From: Candidatus Latescibacterota bacterium
GTDB lineage: Bacteria; Latescibacterota; UBA2968; GCA-2709665
Assembly: GCA_965219995.1 (NCBI GenBank)
Contig: CBDCOX010000002.1
Location: 4,288,001 to 4,352,000, forward strand
Direction of reading: 5' to 3'
DNA length: 64,000 bases
Part shown: positions 19,110-29,200 of the stretch, in pieces
Layout: every line of letters begins with the position of its first letter
How positions within the stretch are numbered: the first letter of the stretch is position 1
Translations under genes and position numbers: made by a program
Notes under the pieces: generated by a model
The model's database searches: none
What the model was told of the DNA's origin: nothing
Seen by the model: only the letters and a program-made list of their open reading frames with translations

Positions 19110-19500
19110 CTGGTCATCTCCATGCGCATCGACGCCGAGAAATCGCCGGCTCATATCCGAAACAAACAGACCCCGCTGGCCACGACACGGACCGACGCGT
19201 CCCGTCCGTCCCACGTCGTGGTGAACGATCACCCTGGCGCGGGTGGTTGGTCCCTGGATGACCCGAATGAAAACGCGTGGAACGCGGGCTCGCCCCACGC
19301 GTTGATTCGCAGACTCTAGGCCTGCGTCCTCCCCAGCGTTCTCAGTCCGTCCCGCATTGTACAGACCTGTTGACGACGCTGGCGAGGGTTATGCCGCCAA
19401 GGGATACCGCCACGTCGAAATCCTGTCCGCTCTCACACCGGGTCTTTGCCTCGCCGCTGAGATTGAGTCGCGAGCACGCGGTCCTCAACGCGGCGCGCAT
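19110..19500 (-). pseudogene. Relics of the FlgD-Ig tail and the 3' half of the 1419..1817 lipoprotein
   Basis: Close DNA match to ~1200-1580 and ~11935-12130. Confidence 0.75.
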
Positions 19501-19524
19501 CTCTTTTTCCGGTGGGGAGACCGC

Positions 19525-22023
19525 TCAATCGGCAGTATGAATGGTCCAGGCGTTGCTTCCGCTGTTTTTCGAGGCATGGAAGTTCCATCGGACGCCGTTG
19601 ACGGTGGACCCCCTTGCGTCGATGCTGTTACCGGAGTTGTAAAACGCGATGGAACCCCTGCCGGAACTCGACACCGTAAATGTGTAGCCTTTGTAGGTAC
19701 ACCGTCCGCCGGGTCTGACGACCAGGCCGGCCGTGCAGGCTCCGCCACCACCGCCGCCGCTGGCGGTGACCGTGACGCTTACACCGGACGAACAATTGTT
19801 GCCTGTATTGCTCTCACCACTCACGGCGTCCACGCACGCGCCGTAGTAATACGTCCCCGCACTCGAGGGTGCGTTCAACCCGATCGACTCAGCGCTCGTC
19901 CCGGACGCATTCAGCGCCCCCACTGCGTCCGTGCCCACTTCCGTGTCGCTGTCGGAAATCGTCGTATTCGAAGACCGGTAATAGCGCAACGTCGTGGATC
20001 CTGCCGAAGCGTTGCCCTGATTGCGAACCGTGGCGCTAAGCGTAAAGGACTCCCCCGTCGTCAGCGACGCGTCGCTCACCGATGCCGCATCCGCAACCAG
20101 ATCCGGACTGTCACCGCCGCCGCCGCTGGCGCAGTTCACCACGCCGAACCTGTATTCAATACCCTGCAGCCATGCCTGAAACGCCGCGTCCGTCGGCGCG
20201 CACAGCCCCGACTCGTGTAGTTCCAGCGTTTCCAGGCTCGTGAGGCTGCCCAGCTCCGACGGAATAGGACCCGTCAACTGGTTGGCGCCAAGCAACAGCA
20301 CTTCCAGTTTCGTCACGCTGCCCAGCTCCGACGGAATCCGACCCGTCAACCGGTTGCCGGAAAGAGACAGCGCTTGCAGATTGGTGAGGCTTCCCAGCTC
20401 CGACGGAATCGGACCCGTCAACCGATTGCCGGAAAGAGACAGCACTCGCAGATTGGTGAGGCTGCCCAGCTCCGACGGAATCCGACCCGTCAACCGGTTG
20501 TTGGAAAGTTCCAGCTCTTCCAGTTTCGTCATGCTGCCCAACTTCCCCGGGATGCGACCCGTCAACCGGTTGTTCGGGAGATGCAGCCGTATTAACTTGG
20601 TGAGACTGCCGAGTTCTGCCGGCAAGGGCCCCGTCAATCCATTGCCGGAGACCGTACCGGTACTGGTAACGGGTTTATTCGAATCGTAAGTAAACAGCCG
20701 CAGATGGGTTACGCGGCCTGACGTGGCGGTCGTCACGCCGTACCACTCCCCCAAAGGCCTGTCGCTGAGCCAGTTGGTGCTGAACACCCAGTTCGGGCCG
20801 TCCGTCGCGTCGTACAGCGCCACCAGCGCGGCACGTTCGTCCAGGACGGCGCAGCTTACGGCGCTTTTTTCGTTACTGATCCGGTGTACCCACCAGGTCG
20901 CGAACGCCTCGTCCTCCGGCAGGCACAGCCCCGTGCCGTGGGCCAGCATATCTTCAAGATTGTCAAGCCTGGTGAATGAATCTGGAAACGGGCCGGAAAG
21001 ACCGGTATTGTTGTGAAGATTAAGCACTCGCAGGTTGGTGAGGCGGCCCAGTGCATCGGGGACGCTGCCCGACAACTGGTTGTCGTTCAACCTCAACTGC
21101 GTCAGGTTGGTGAGATTGCCAAGCGCGGAAGGAATACCCCCCGTGAGCCGGTTGCTGTTCAGGAACAGCGCCGTCAGGTTGGACAGGCTGCCCAGTTCGT
21201 CCGGAATAGCGCCCGTCAATTGGTTTCCGTAAAGAGACAGGTATTTCAGATTGGACAGGCTGCCCAGTTCCGCGGGGATATTCCCCGTGAGCCGGTTGCC
21301 GTTCAGGAACAGCGCCGTCAGGTTGGACAGGCTGCCCAATTCCCCCGGAATGGCGCCCGTCAATTGGTTTAGAGAGAGGGACAGGCTGGTCACATTGGAC
21401 AGGCTGCCCAACGCGGCCGGGATCGACCCTGTCAGACGATTGCCGACGTACGTGCCGGTGCCGTCCCCGATGCCGACGGTGTCGCCGTCGCTTGTTGCGA
21501 CGGCGTATAGCGCCAGCCTCGTCACCTGTCCGTCCACGTCCGTGGTCACGCCGTACCACTCGCCAAGGGGCCGGTTGCTCAGCCAGTTCGTATTGAAGCG
21601 CCAGTTGTCCCCATTCGTCGCGTTGTACAGCGCCACCAGCGCCTCGCGATCTTCCGATTGAGGAGGAGTGGGAGGCGACTCGCATTCTGTCCCGAACACC
21701 TCCACAAACGCCAGAAAATCCGTCAGGTTGATGCTGCCGTCGTTGTCGAAATCTCCCCGCGGGTCGTAGCCAGCCTCCCCCGACGACGTGCCGAACATGC
21801 TTGCTAACGCCGGAAAATCCGACAGATCCACACTCCCGTCGTTGTTGAAATCGCCAGGGCACACCGCTGCCTGCGTAAACGACAGTTCCTCGGGCGTCAT
21901 CTCCGCCACAGGCACAGCCTGCGCCAGCGCGTCTTCCGATTTCAGGATGCCTACGCCGCCGGGTTTCGCGATACCGAACAACACGAATCCCGCGAAGATG
22001 GTTGCAAGAGAATGATGGCGCAT
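19525..22023 (-). CDS. Secreted dockerin-like protein with two plant-type LRR blocks, a CARDB-like domain and a Cys-containing tail
   Basis: 24-aa LxxLxLxxNxLTGxIPxELG repeats; ALVALYxATxGxNW...WYGVT caps; paired GDF(N/D)NDG loops. Confidence 0.92.
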   Translation of the reverse strand: MRHHSLATIFAGFVLFGIAKPGGVGILKSEDALAQAVPVAEMTPEELSFTQAAVCPGDFNNDGSVDLSDFPALASMFGTSSGEAGYDPRGDFDNDGSINLTDFLAFVEVFGTECESPPTPPQSEDREALVALYNATNGDNWRFNTNWLSNRPLGEWYGVTTDVDGQVTRLALYAVATSDGDTVGIGDGTGTYVGNRLTGSIPAALGSLSNVTSLSLSLNQLTGAIPGELGSLSNLTALFLNGNRLTGNIPAELGSLSNLKYLSLYGNQLTGAIPDELGSLSNLTALFLNSNRLTGGIPSALGNLTNLTQLRLNDNQLSGSVPDALGRLTNLRVLNLHNNTGLSGPFPDSFTRLDNLEDMLAHGTGLCLPEDEAFATWWVHRISNEKSAVSCAVLDERAALVALYDATDGPNWVFSTNWLSDRPLGEWYGVTTATSGRVTHLRLFTYDSNKPVTSTGTVSGNGLTGPLPAELGSLTKLIRLHLPNNRLTGRIPGKLGSMTKLEELELSNNRLTGRIPSELGSLTNLRVLSLSGNRLTGPIPSELGSLTNLQALSLSGNRLTGRIPSELGSVTKLEVLLLGANQLTGPIPSELGSLTSLETLELHESGLCAPTDAAFQAWLQGIEYRFGVVNCASGGGGDSPDLVADAASVSDASLTTGESFTLSATVRNQGNASAGSTTLRYYRSSNTTISDSDTEVGTDAVGALNASGTSAESIGLNAPSSAGTYYYGACVDAVSGESNTGNNCSSGVSVTVTASGGGGGGACTAGLVVRPGGRCTYKGYTFTVSSSGRGSIAFYNSGNSIDARGSTVNGVRWNFHASKNSGSNAWTIHTAD

Positions 22024-22024
22024 C

Positions 22025-22560
22025 TCCGTCTCCTATAAATCTTCACCGATACGGTGACGTGTGTGAGTGCGGACGTCCGTAGACGGGAACAAACCCGGCC
22101 GCCGGAGTTGGATTGATCCGATCAGGCGCGGGACTGGCATGCACACCGGCGTACGTCGAAGCGCTGCGGGTTGACGGACGATGCGAAGAAGGAGAAAAGA
22201 GAGGGGGGCGGATTCTCGGCAGGGAAACAACAACCGGGAAAGCCGGTGATTCAGGTTTGCCTGGAGGGATGGGTGGTTGCGAAATTCGGGGGGGGGGGGG
22301 GTAAATTATTGTTATTATGTTAGATATATAACTATACTGGCGAGTAACCGCGAGAGAACAGTCGTGACGGTCAAGTTCGATCATTCGTCGGGTCTGGATT
22401 ACAGGCCTCTCCGTCAGATAACAAAAGACTGTCTCTGATGGCGAAATCCTGAACCGCAACCGTGGCCCCATGCTGCCTTGAGACCTGTAATCCCGGGACG
22501 ACATTCTGCCTCGAATCTTCGGACGCCACCGCTCGAGGATGATTCCCCGACGCGATAGGC
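22025..22560 (-). promoter_or_regulatory. Conserved long non-coding upstream region, copy 2, containing a G14 tract (22288-22301)
   Basis: Colinear with 2340-2850. Confidence 0.55.
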
Positions 22561-22791
22561 AGCGAAGGTGTTGCGAATTGCGTCATTAGTACGCGTGGGA
22601 TAATAACACTTATCTGTTGAAGTATCACTGAAAAATTAAGTGTTTTCGTCAGATTTTTTGTGAATTCTTGTGAATTTTCGCCCGATGAGACGCGGATTTG
22701 CAACAGGGATTCGAATTGTGTGTCATTTCTGCCGACGACGCTAATGACTATAATTCGCCAAAACGGAACTTGCATGGATGGACAGGAGGAG

Positions 22792-22930
22792 AACCAAAGG
22801 CGCGAGAAGAGCACGAGAGAACGAGGAAAACCAAAGGCGCGAGAAGAGCACGAGAGGACGAGGAAAACCGAAGAGCACGAGAAAGGCACGAGAAAACGAG
22901 GAAAACCGAAGAGCGTGAGAAGATGTGGAA
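22792..22930. repeat. ~37-bp purine-rich tandem repeat, about 3.5 copies
   Basis: aaccaaaggcgcgagaagagcacgagag(a/g)acgaggaa units. Confidence 0.8.
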
Positions 22931-23032
22931 GATCAAAAAGCCGGAAGAAGAAGCGGTGGCGCCGCCTCGTGGACGTGCCGCCTGTCGGTCTACGGACACG
23001 TTCAAACCATGCAAGTGTCAACCGATGCCGCA

Positions 23033-23400
23033 GTAGATCCTTCGTCAGCCAGCCTGCCGATGATGCTCTGGCAGGCTGGGCGGCCTCCTCAGGATGGAAG
23101 TTAGCTCTCCCTTCGCCGACCCTTCGACAAGCTCAGGGAGCGGCTCAGGGCACAGGCAGACAGCCACCTTCACAGCGGCTTTTTCATCGTCTTCACCTTG
23201 CCGCGACTCCCCCTGGCCATTGTTGGGGCGTCCCTTGTGGGCGCCCGGGGATTCCGCGACGGAAATGATCGACACACATGTCATTCTGAGCGGAGCGAAG
23301 AATCTCCGGTCTTCTGGATCGTCCTGAACGAAAACGCGCGGTAGACACATGTGCGCGGAGACGTCGTCGGCGCGGAGATTTCCGAAGGAAGACAGTTATG
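23033..23400. repeat. REP-like palindromic repeat cluster
   Basis: agatccttcg..ctcaggatg, cccttcgacaagctcaggg, gtcattctgagcggagcgaagaatct; paralogous to 3209-3460. Confidence 0.65.
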
Positions 23401-23677
23401 GAGACGAGCCGAAGCCGTACCGGATGATCTACCGCTTGCGCCGCTGCGGACAACATTGTATCGTTCAGAACAGGTGTACAACCCGGAAATTTAGGGATAG
23501 ACCGTTGAACTTGCGCTGATAGTTCGCCCGTTTTCGATAGTTTTTCGCTGAAAACTGTCGCGTTTTGCAACGATGAGGGCGTAATCGGGCACTGCCGTCG
23601 GTAGGCGCAGCCGTCTGTTGGATTGACGGTTTGCCGGACAAGCGGAAGACGATCTGCGGTAAAGGAGGAGGACAAGG

Positions 23678-26065
23678 ATGCAGCTGACCGAGAAGCTTCA
23701 ACTGGAGAACAAGCAACTGCGCGAGCGGTTGACGAGGTTGAGCCACGCCAGCCAGCGCATCAACGAAAGCCTCGACTTCGAGACGGTGCTGCAGGGAGTG
23801 GTGGACAGCGCCAGGTCTGTGACGGACGCCAGGTACTGCGTGGTCACGCTGCTGGACGAAGAGGGAAACGTACAGGAATACCTCGTCTCGGGGATGACTC
23901 CCGAGGAGGCCAGCCAGATTTGGAACTTCCCGGAGGTCCCTCGGCTGTACGAGTACCTCCGTCAAATTAAGGAGCCGCTTCGGCTGATCGACTTCTTCAG
24001 CCACAACAAGGCATTGGGACTGCCCGCAGTCCGGCCCGACGGATTCGACGCGACAACCATTTCCTTTATGGCCGCGCCAATCGAACATCGCGGCGAGAGC
24101 GTGGGTCACTTCTTCCTGGCCGGGAAGGTAAGCGGGCCGGAATTCACCGCAGAGGACGAAGAGACGCTGGTGATGTTCGCCTCCCAAGCGGCGCTGGTCA
24201 TCACCAACGCCCGGCGGTACCGCGACCAGCAACGGACTGCGGCCGACCGGGAAGCGCTGATCAATACCTCACCGGTTGGCGTCATTGTCTTCGACGCACG
24301 GACGGGAAAGCCCGTGTCAATCAACCGGGAGGCCGCGAGGATTGGCGAGGGCCTGCGGATTCACGAACGGCAACTGGAAAACCTCCTCGAAGTCGTAACG
24401 ATCCAGCGCGCCGACGGGCGGGAGATGTCTCTGGAGGACCTCTCCCTTGCCGAGGTGCTCAGCACAGGCGAAACAGTACGCGCCGAGGAGGTCGTTCTGC
24501 AGGTGCCCGACGGACGAAAAGTCAGAGTACTCGTGAACGTGACGCCAATCCGCACGGACAACGGACATGTGGCTTCCGTCGTCGTCACCCTTCAGGACAC
24601 GACGCCGATGGAGGATCTGGAACGGATGCGGGCGGAGTTCCTGGCCATGGTCAGTCACGAACTGCGCGCGCCGCTGGCCGCAATCAAGGGCTCCGCGTCA
24701 ACGGCGCTGAGCGACACGTTTCCTTTTCGCCAGGCCGAAATGGTCCAGTTCCTGCGGATCATCAGCGAGCATGCGGACCGAATGGCCGGTCTGATCAACG
24801 ATCTGCTGGACGTGGCGCGTATCGAGACAGGCACCCTGATCGTGAATCCTCTGCCCACGGTGGTCACCGTCCTTCTCGATCAGGCTCGGAACACATTCGT
24901 GAGCGGGTGGGATCGGAACAACGTCCACCTGGATCTGGCCCCCGGCCTTCCACCGGTGATGGCCGACCCCGGCCGAATCGTGCAGGTTCTGGTCAACCTG
25001 CTGACGAACGCGGCCAAGAATTCGATGAATGCATCTTCGATTCGTGTCCATGCGGAGCAGGAGGGCGATACGGTGGCGATCAGCGTCAGCGACACGGGGC
25101 GGGGCGTGCCGCCGGACCAGATGGCGCAACTGTTTCGAAAGTCCTCCCGTCGCGATCGGGACTCAAGTTTCGGGTACAGCGGCGCACACGGCTGGGGCCT
25201 TCCGATCTGTAAAGGCATCGTGGAAGCACACGGAGGAAGAATCTGGGCCGAGAGCGCAGGAACGGACAAAGGCGCCAGGTTCACGTTCACCATACCGGTT
25301 GCGGGAGACGCCCCTGCGGTCGTCAGCCGGGATCTTCGTTCGACCGGTGCCGGCGCCGGGGAGAAGGCTGCGGACCGGTCGAAAATCCTCGTGGTGGACG
25401 ATGACCCGCAGACGTTGCGCAGCGTTCGCCAGGCCCTGTCCGGCGCCGGCTACGTACCCGTCGTTACAGGAGACCCGGACGAGGCGCTCGTCCTTCTGAA
25501 CGAACACCGGCCGGAGCTGGCGTTGCTGGACCTTGTTCTCCCCGGCAGCGACGGGATCGAGTTGATGAAGAAGATTATCGAAAGCAACGACATACCCATT
25601 GTCTTCATTTCCGCGTACGGACACGAAGACACCGTTGCCCGCGCTCTCGACAACGGCGCCGCGGATTACCTGGTGAAACCCTTCTCGCCAACGGAGCTGG
25701 CGGCCAGGGTCAGGGCGGTCCTGCGTACCCGCACGTCCCACCGTTCGGTCGTTCCGTCGGAGCCGTTTGCGCAGGGAGACCTGAGAATCGACTATGCCAG
25801 CCGCAGGGTGAGCATCGCCGGAAATCCGGTGAAACTGACCAGAATCGAATACCTCGTCCTGCAGGAACTCTCCATAAACCACGGACGGACGGTTCACTAT
25901 GAAGATCTGTTGAGGCGCATCTGGTACAGAAGAGGCAATAAGGACAAGCGACCGCTCCACGCGGCCGTCAAGAACATCCGGCGCAAGCTGAATGACAGCG
26001 CAAAGTACCCCAGATGGATATTCAACGAACCGCGGGTCGGGTATCGCCTGGGTAGGACGAGGTAG
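23678..26065 (+). CDS. Cytoplasmic hybrid regulator: GAF-PAS-HisKA-HATPase-REC-OmpR-type winged helix
   Basis: GGAGG RBS; H-box SHELRAPL, N-box NLLTNAAK, G1 DTGRG, REC ILVVDDD/LLD/KPF, C-terminal IRRKL...IFNEPRVGYR. Confidence 0.93.
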   Translation: MQLTEKLQLENKQLRERLTRLSHASQRINESLDFETVLQGVVDSARSVTDARYCVVTLLDEEGNVQEYLVSGMTPEEASQIWNFPEVPRLYEYLRQIKEPLRLIDFFSHNKALGLPAVRPDGFDATTISFMAAPIEHRGESVGHFFLAGKVSGPEFTAEDEETLVMFASQAALVITNARRYRDQQRTAADREALINTSPVGVIVFDARTGKPVSINREAARIGEGLRIHERQLENLLEVVTIQRADGREMSLEDLSLAEVLSTGETVRAEEVVLQVPDGRKVRVLVNVTPIRTDNGHVASVVVTLQDTTPMEDLERMRAEFLAMVSHELRAPLAAIKGSASTALSDTFPFRQAEMVQFLRIISEHADRMAGLINDLLDVARIETGTLIVNPLPTVVTVLLDQARNTFVSGWDRNNVHLDLAPGLPPVMADPGRIVQVLVNLLTNAAKNSMNASSIRVHAEQEGDTVAISVSDTGRGVPPDQMAQLFRKSSRRDRDSSFGYSGAHGWGLPICKGIVEAHGGRIWAESAGTDKGARFTFTIPVAGDAPAVVSRDLRSTGAGAGEKAADRSKILVVDDDPQTLRSVRQALSGAGYVPVVTGDPDEALVLLNEHRPELALLDLVLPGSDGIELMKKIIESNDIPIVFISAYGHEDTVARALDNGAADYLVKPFSPTELAARVRAVLRTRTSHRSVVPSEPFAQGDLRIDYASRRVSIAGNPVKLTRIEYLVLQELSINHGRTVHYEDLLRRIWYRRGNKDKRPLHAAVKNIRRKLNDSAKYPRWIFNEPRVGYRLGRTR

Positions 26066-26244
26066 GCACATCGCGGGATGTTTGGAAACGGACGGGGAAT
26101 CGTCCGGAGCTTCGGTCAGACCGGTCCCGACAGGCCTCCGTTTGGAGCCCTGTCGGGACCTTTTCGTGCAAGTTGCGGACAAGGTTTCACGTAACGCTCG
26201 AGGCGGTGTTCGAACCGGAGATTCGGACACGTGATTTCGGTCGA

Positions 26245-29200
26245 TCAGAAGTTCCTGAAGAGCAAGAGACCGACGCGCGCGCCGTTCCCGCCCATTCCGA
26301 AGCCCTGCCGGGGCAGGCCGTATTCGCAGCGCAGTTCCAACCGCAGGTCCCGGCTCATGATACCGGCGGACCCGTTGGCGGAACCCGGCCCATTGAGGCG
26401 CAACCCGCCGCCGAGGCGTTGTATGCCCGCGTCGGCCACGTCCATCTCGACAAAGGGCGCCAGCCGGCCCCGTCCTCCCAGGGTCTCAAGCCCATAGCCC
26501 ATGCCCGCACGCGCGCGGTTGGGACGCCAGTCCGAGGCCTCGGGTCCGTCCGTCCCGTGTCGGTAGGCCGTCATCCGGTCGCCATTCCACAGTCCATCGA
26601 CACCGCCGGCGGCGTGCTGTCCCCACGCCGGCTCAATGAACAGTGTCAATCCCCTGTTGTCGGCGCCTGGGTCCAGACGCAGTGCGAGGCTCAGGCCGCC
26701 TTCCCTGAAGTCCCGGTCCTGGTGCGCCGCAAGCCAGTGCGAGCGGATCTCCACGTCGAGGCCGATGGGTCGATTTGCGAGCGAGAGCGCCCCGGCCAGT
26801 TCGGTGCCGAGGCCGGTCTCGACGTCGCCGCCGTCAAACCGTGCGCCCAGGGCCAGTCTCAGATCCATCCGCGTGTCGGTCGTCACGGACCAGGCCGTGC
26901 TGCCGTTGACCATCATGCGGACGCGTCGGGCGTCGCCGGTGGCGGCTCTCAGTCCGGCCACGGCTTCGGAGCCGGTGTTCACGGCGAAGGCGTCGGCCGT
27001 CAATGCCAGGTCGACCCGACCCACCCGCGTGAGGTCCATCCTCCCTCCGAGCGCGGCGGAGCGGCTGTCGATGTCGGTTTCAACCGTACTGCTGCCGGTG
27101 CCTGCCAGGGGGCCGCCGTAGCCGCTGTACAGTTCGGCGTCGCCCGTGCCGAAGCCCAGCATACCCCACAGGCCCAGTTTTTCGGAGGGGGACCAGTGAA
27201 CGTACGGATGGAGGCTGGCCAGCCGCGTCTTCCACCGGCCGATACTCTCGCCGGCATTGTCCAGGTCCTGGACGCCACTGCTGTACGACGCGGCCAGGCC
27301 CGCCACGAGCTTCGAACTCCAGTGGTAGTCCGCCCCGACGTACGCCGCCGTGACGCTGCCGTCCATGCGATTGTCCGATATTGGATCACCGGAATATCTG
27401 CTGCCGGCGCCGCGTCCCCAGAGCGTCCATCCGTTTTCCGCGGCCCCGGCCCGGTCCATAGCCATCTGGAAGGAACTGCGGGTGAGTATGCCGCGCCCGG
27501 AGGGCGCCCTCAGCGCGGGTCGAACAACGTTCGGATCGGACATTGACCCGGGCAGACCGATCAGCGCCGTTTTTTCGAAGGGGCTCCCGGAAGCGGGAGC
27601 GTCCAGAGGGACGCCGAACATACGTGCGGTGACGTGCACCCAATCCATCGTATCGAATGCCTGCCCGCGGACCAGCCTGCCACCGTTCAGCGTGGCTTGC
27701 TGCACCCGGGACGTGGCTTCGAAGCGACCGGCGACCGCATCCACGGCCTGGCTCAACACAGTGCGGCCGAACGCCGCCAGGGACAGCTCGAGGACGCGTG
27801 CGCGGTTGGTCTGGAGGTTCTCCACGGTGACGGCGAAGGAGAGCTTCGCGCTCAGGCCGTACGGGTCGCGGGCCGTCACCGTCACGCGGGCCGTCGCCAC
27901 GGCCACGGGCGTGAGCGCGATCACCCTGTCCACGAGGCTGACGTTCACGATGCCGTTGTCCGACGACGCCTCGTATTCCAGCGGGTCGCCGTCCGGATCG
28001 GCGAACAGTCCCGTCAGGTCAACGCTTCCGTTCGTGCCCATCGTAAGCACCTGGTCCGGGATGGTTCCCGTCACCGAGGGGCCGAGGTTTGTCCCCTTTA
28101 TCGCGATTGTCACGGTCGCCTCATCGCTGCTGGCGCCCCTGCTGTCCAATACCCGATAGGTGAAGCGGTCCTGGGCCGTCCTGCTTCCGTCGTGGTTGTA
28201 GACGAAGGTCCCGTCCTCATACAGCGTCAGGGCGCCATGGGCGGGCGCCTCGACCAGTATCGCGGTCAGTTGGCTCCTGTCGTCTTCGGCGTCGACGTCG
28301 TTGGCCAATACGCTGATACGCCCGTCATCACTCGCGCTCACGGCGGCGCCGGTCGCCAGCGGCGCAATCTTCGCGCCCGCGTCCGGTTCCGGAATATCGA
28401 AGTCCTCGGGCGGCGCGAAAGATGGATTTCGTGCGTCATGCCGGGCATCGCCGGTCCACAACGACGTTGTCCTGCGGCCCCGGAAGACGGTTACCGCGTC
28501 GTCCACCGCCACCGGCGGGGTGTTGATCCGCGTTCGCCCGCTGCCCGAGGGCGACCAGGCGCCCGCGCCCTCCGCGTTCTTCGCACGCACCTGCACCTCG
28601 TAGGTAGCTTCGGACTCCAATTCTGCGATCTCAGCGACGGTCTTCGTGCCCGTGAACGCGTGGGCCGTCCATCCCGATGCGCCCTGCGTACGGTACCGGA
28701 CGTCGTAGTCGTTCACCGCCGGGCCCGTGTTGGCGGGGACCCGCCAGACCGCCTGCACGCTCGTCAATGACGCGCCGGTCACCCTGGGCGCCGCCGGGGC
28801 TGCCGGGGGCTCCGCAACGTCGGTGACGCTGATGGCGACGTCGATGACGTCGCTACCCTCTCTTCCGTCGTTGACGGTCACCGTCACCGCGTAGGAGAGG
28901 GGTCCCGCCTCGTAGTCCAGCGAAGTCCCTTCGGAAACCATGATCTGTCCGGTGCCCGAATCGATGGCAAAGGCATCCGATCCCGACAGCGTATAACTCA
29001 GCACGTCTCCGTTCGGATCCGTTGCCTCGACCGGATCGCCGACCGCGCCGCCGGCGGGGGTATTCTCAGCCACTGCGCGAGTGGTCGTGAGGCCCGCCAC
29101 GTTGAAGCCGGGCGGTTCGTTGGGTCCGTCGTCGTCGATGATCGTGCCCGTTACGGGGTCGCCCGCCGTCACGCCGGCCGGCGCGTTGGATACCCGCAGC

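Noticed and set aside
22240-22270. c-di-GMP-I riboswitch (GGCAAACC on the minus strand)
   Set aside because: Lacks the GNRA-capped P2 stem and the GACGCAAA segment.
22298-22325. dif-like site (TTATGTTAGAT)
   Set aside because: Only the XerD-like half matches; the XerC half is poor and it is absent from the paralogous leader.
22792-22930. CRISPR array (37-bp repeats)
   Set aside because: Units are head to tail with no unique spacers and there are no cas genes.
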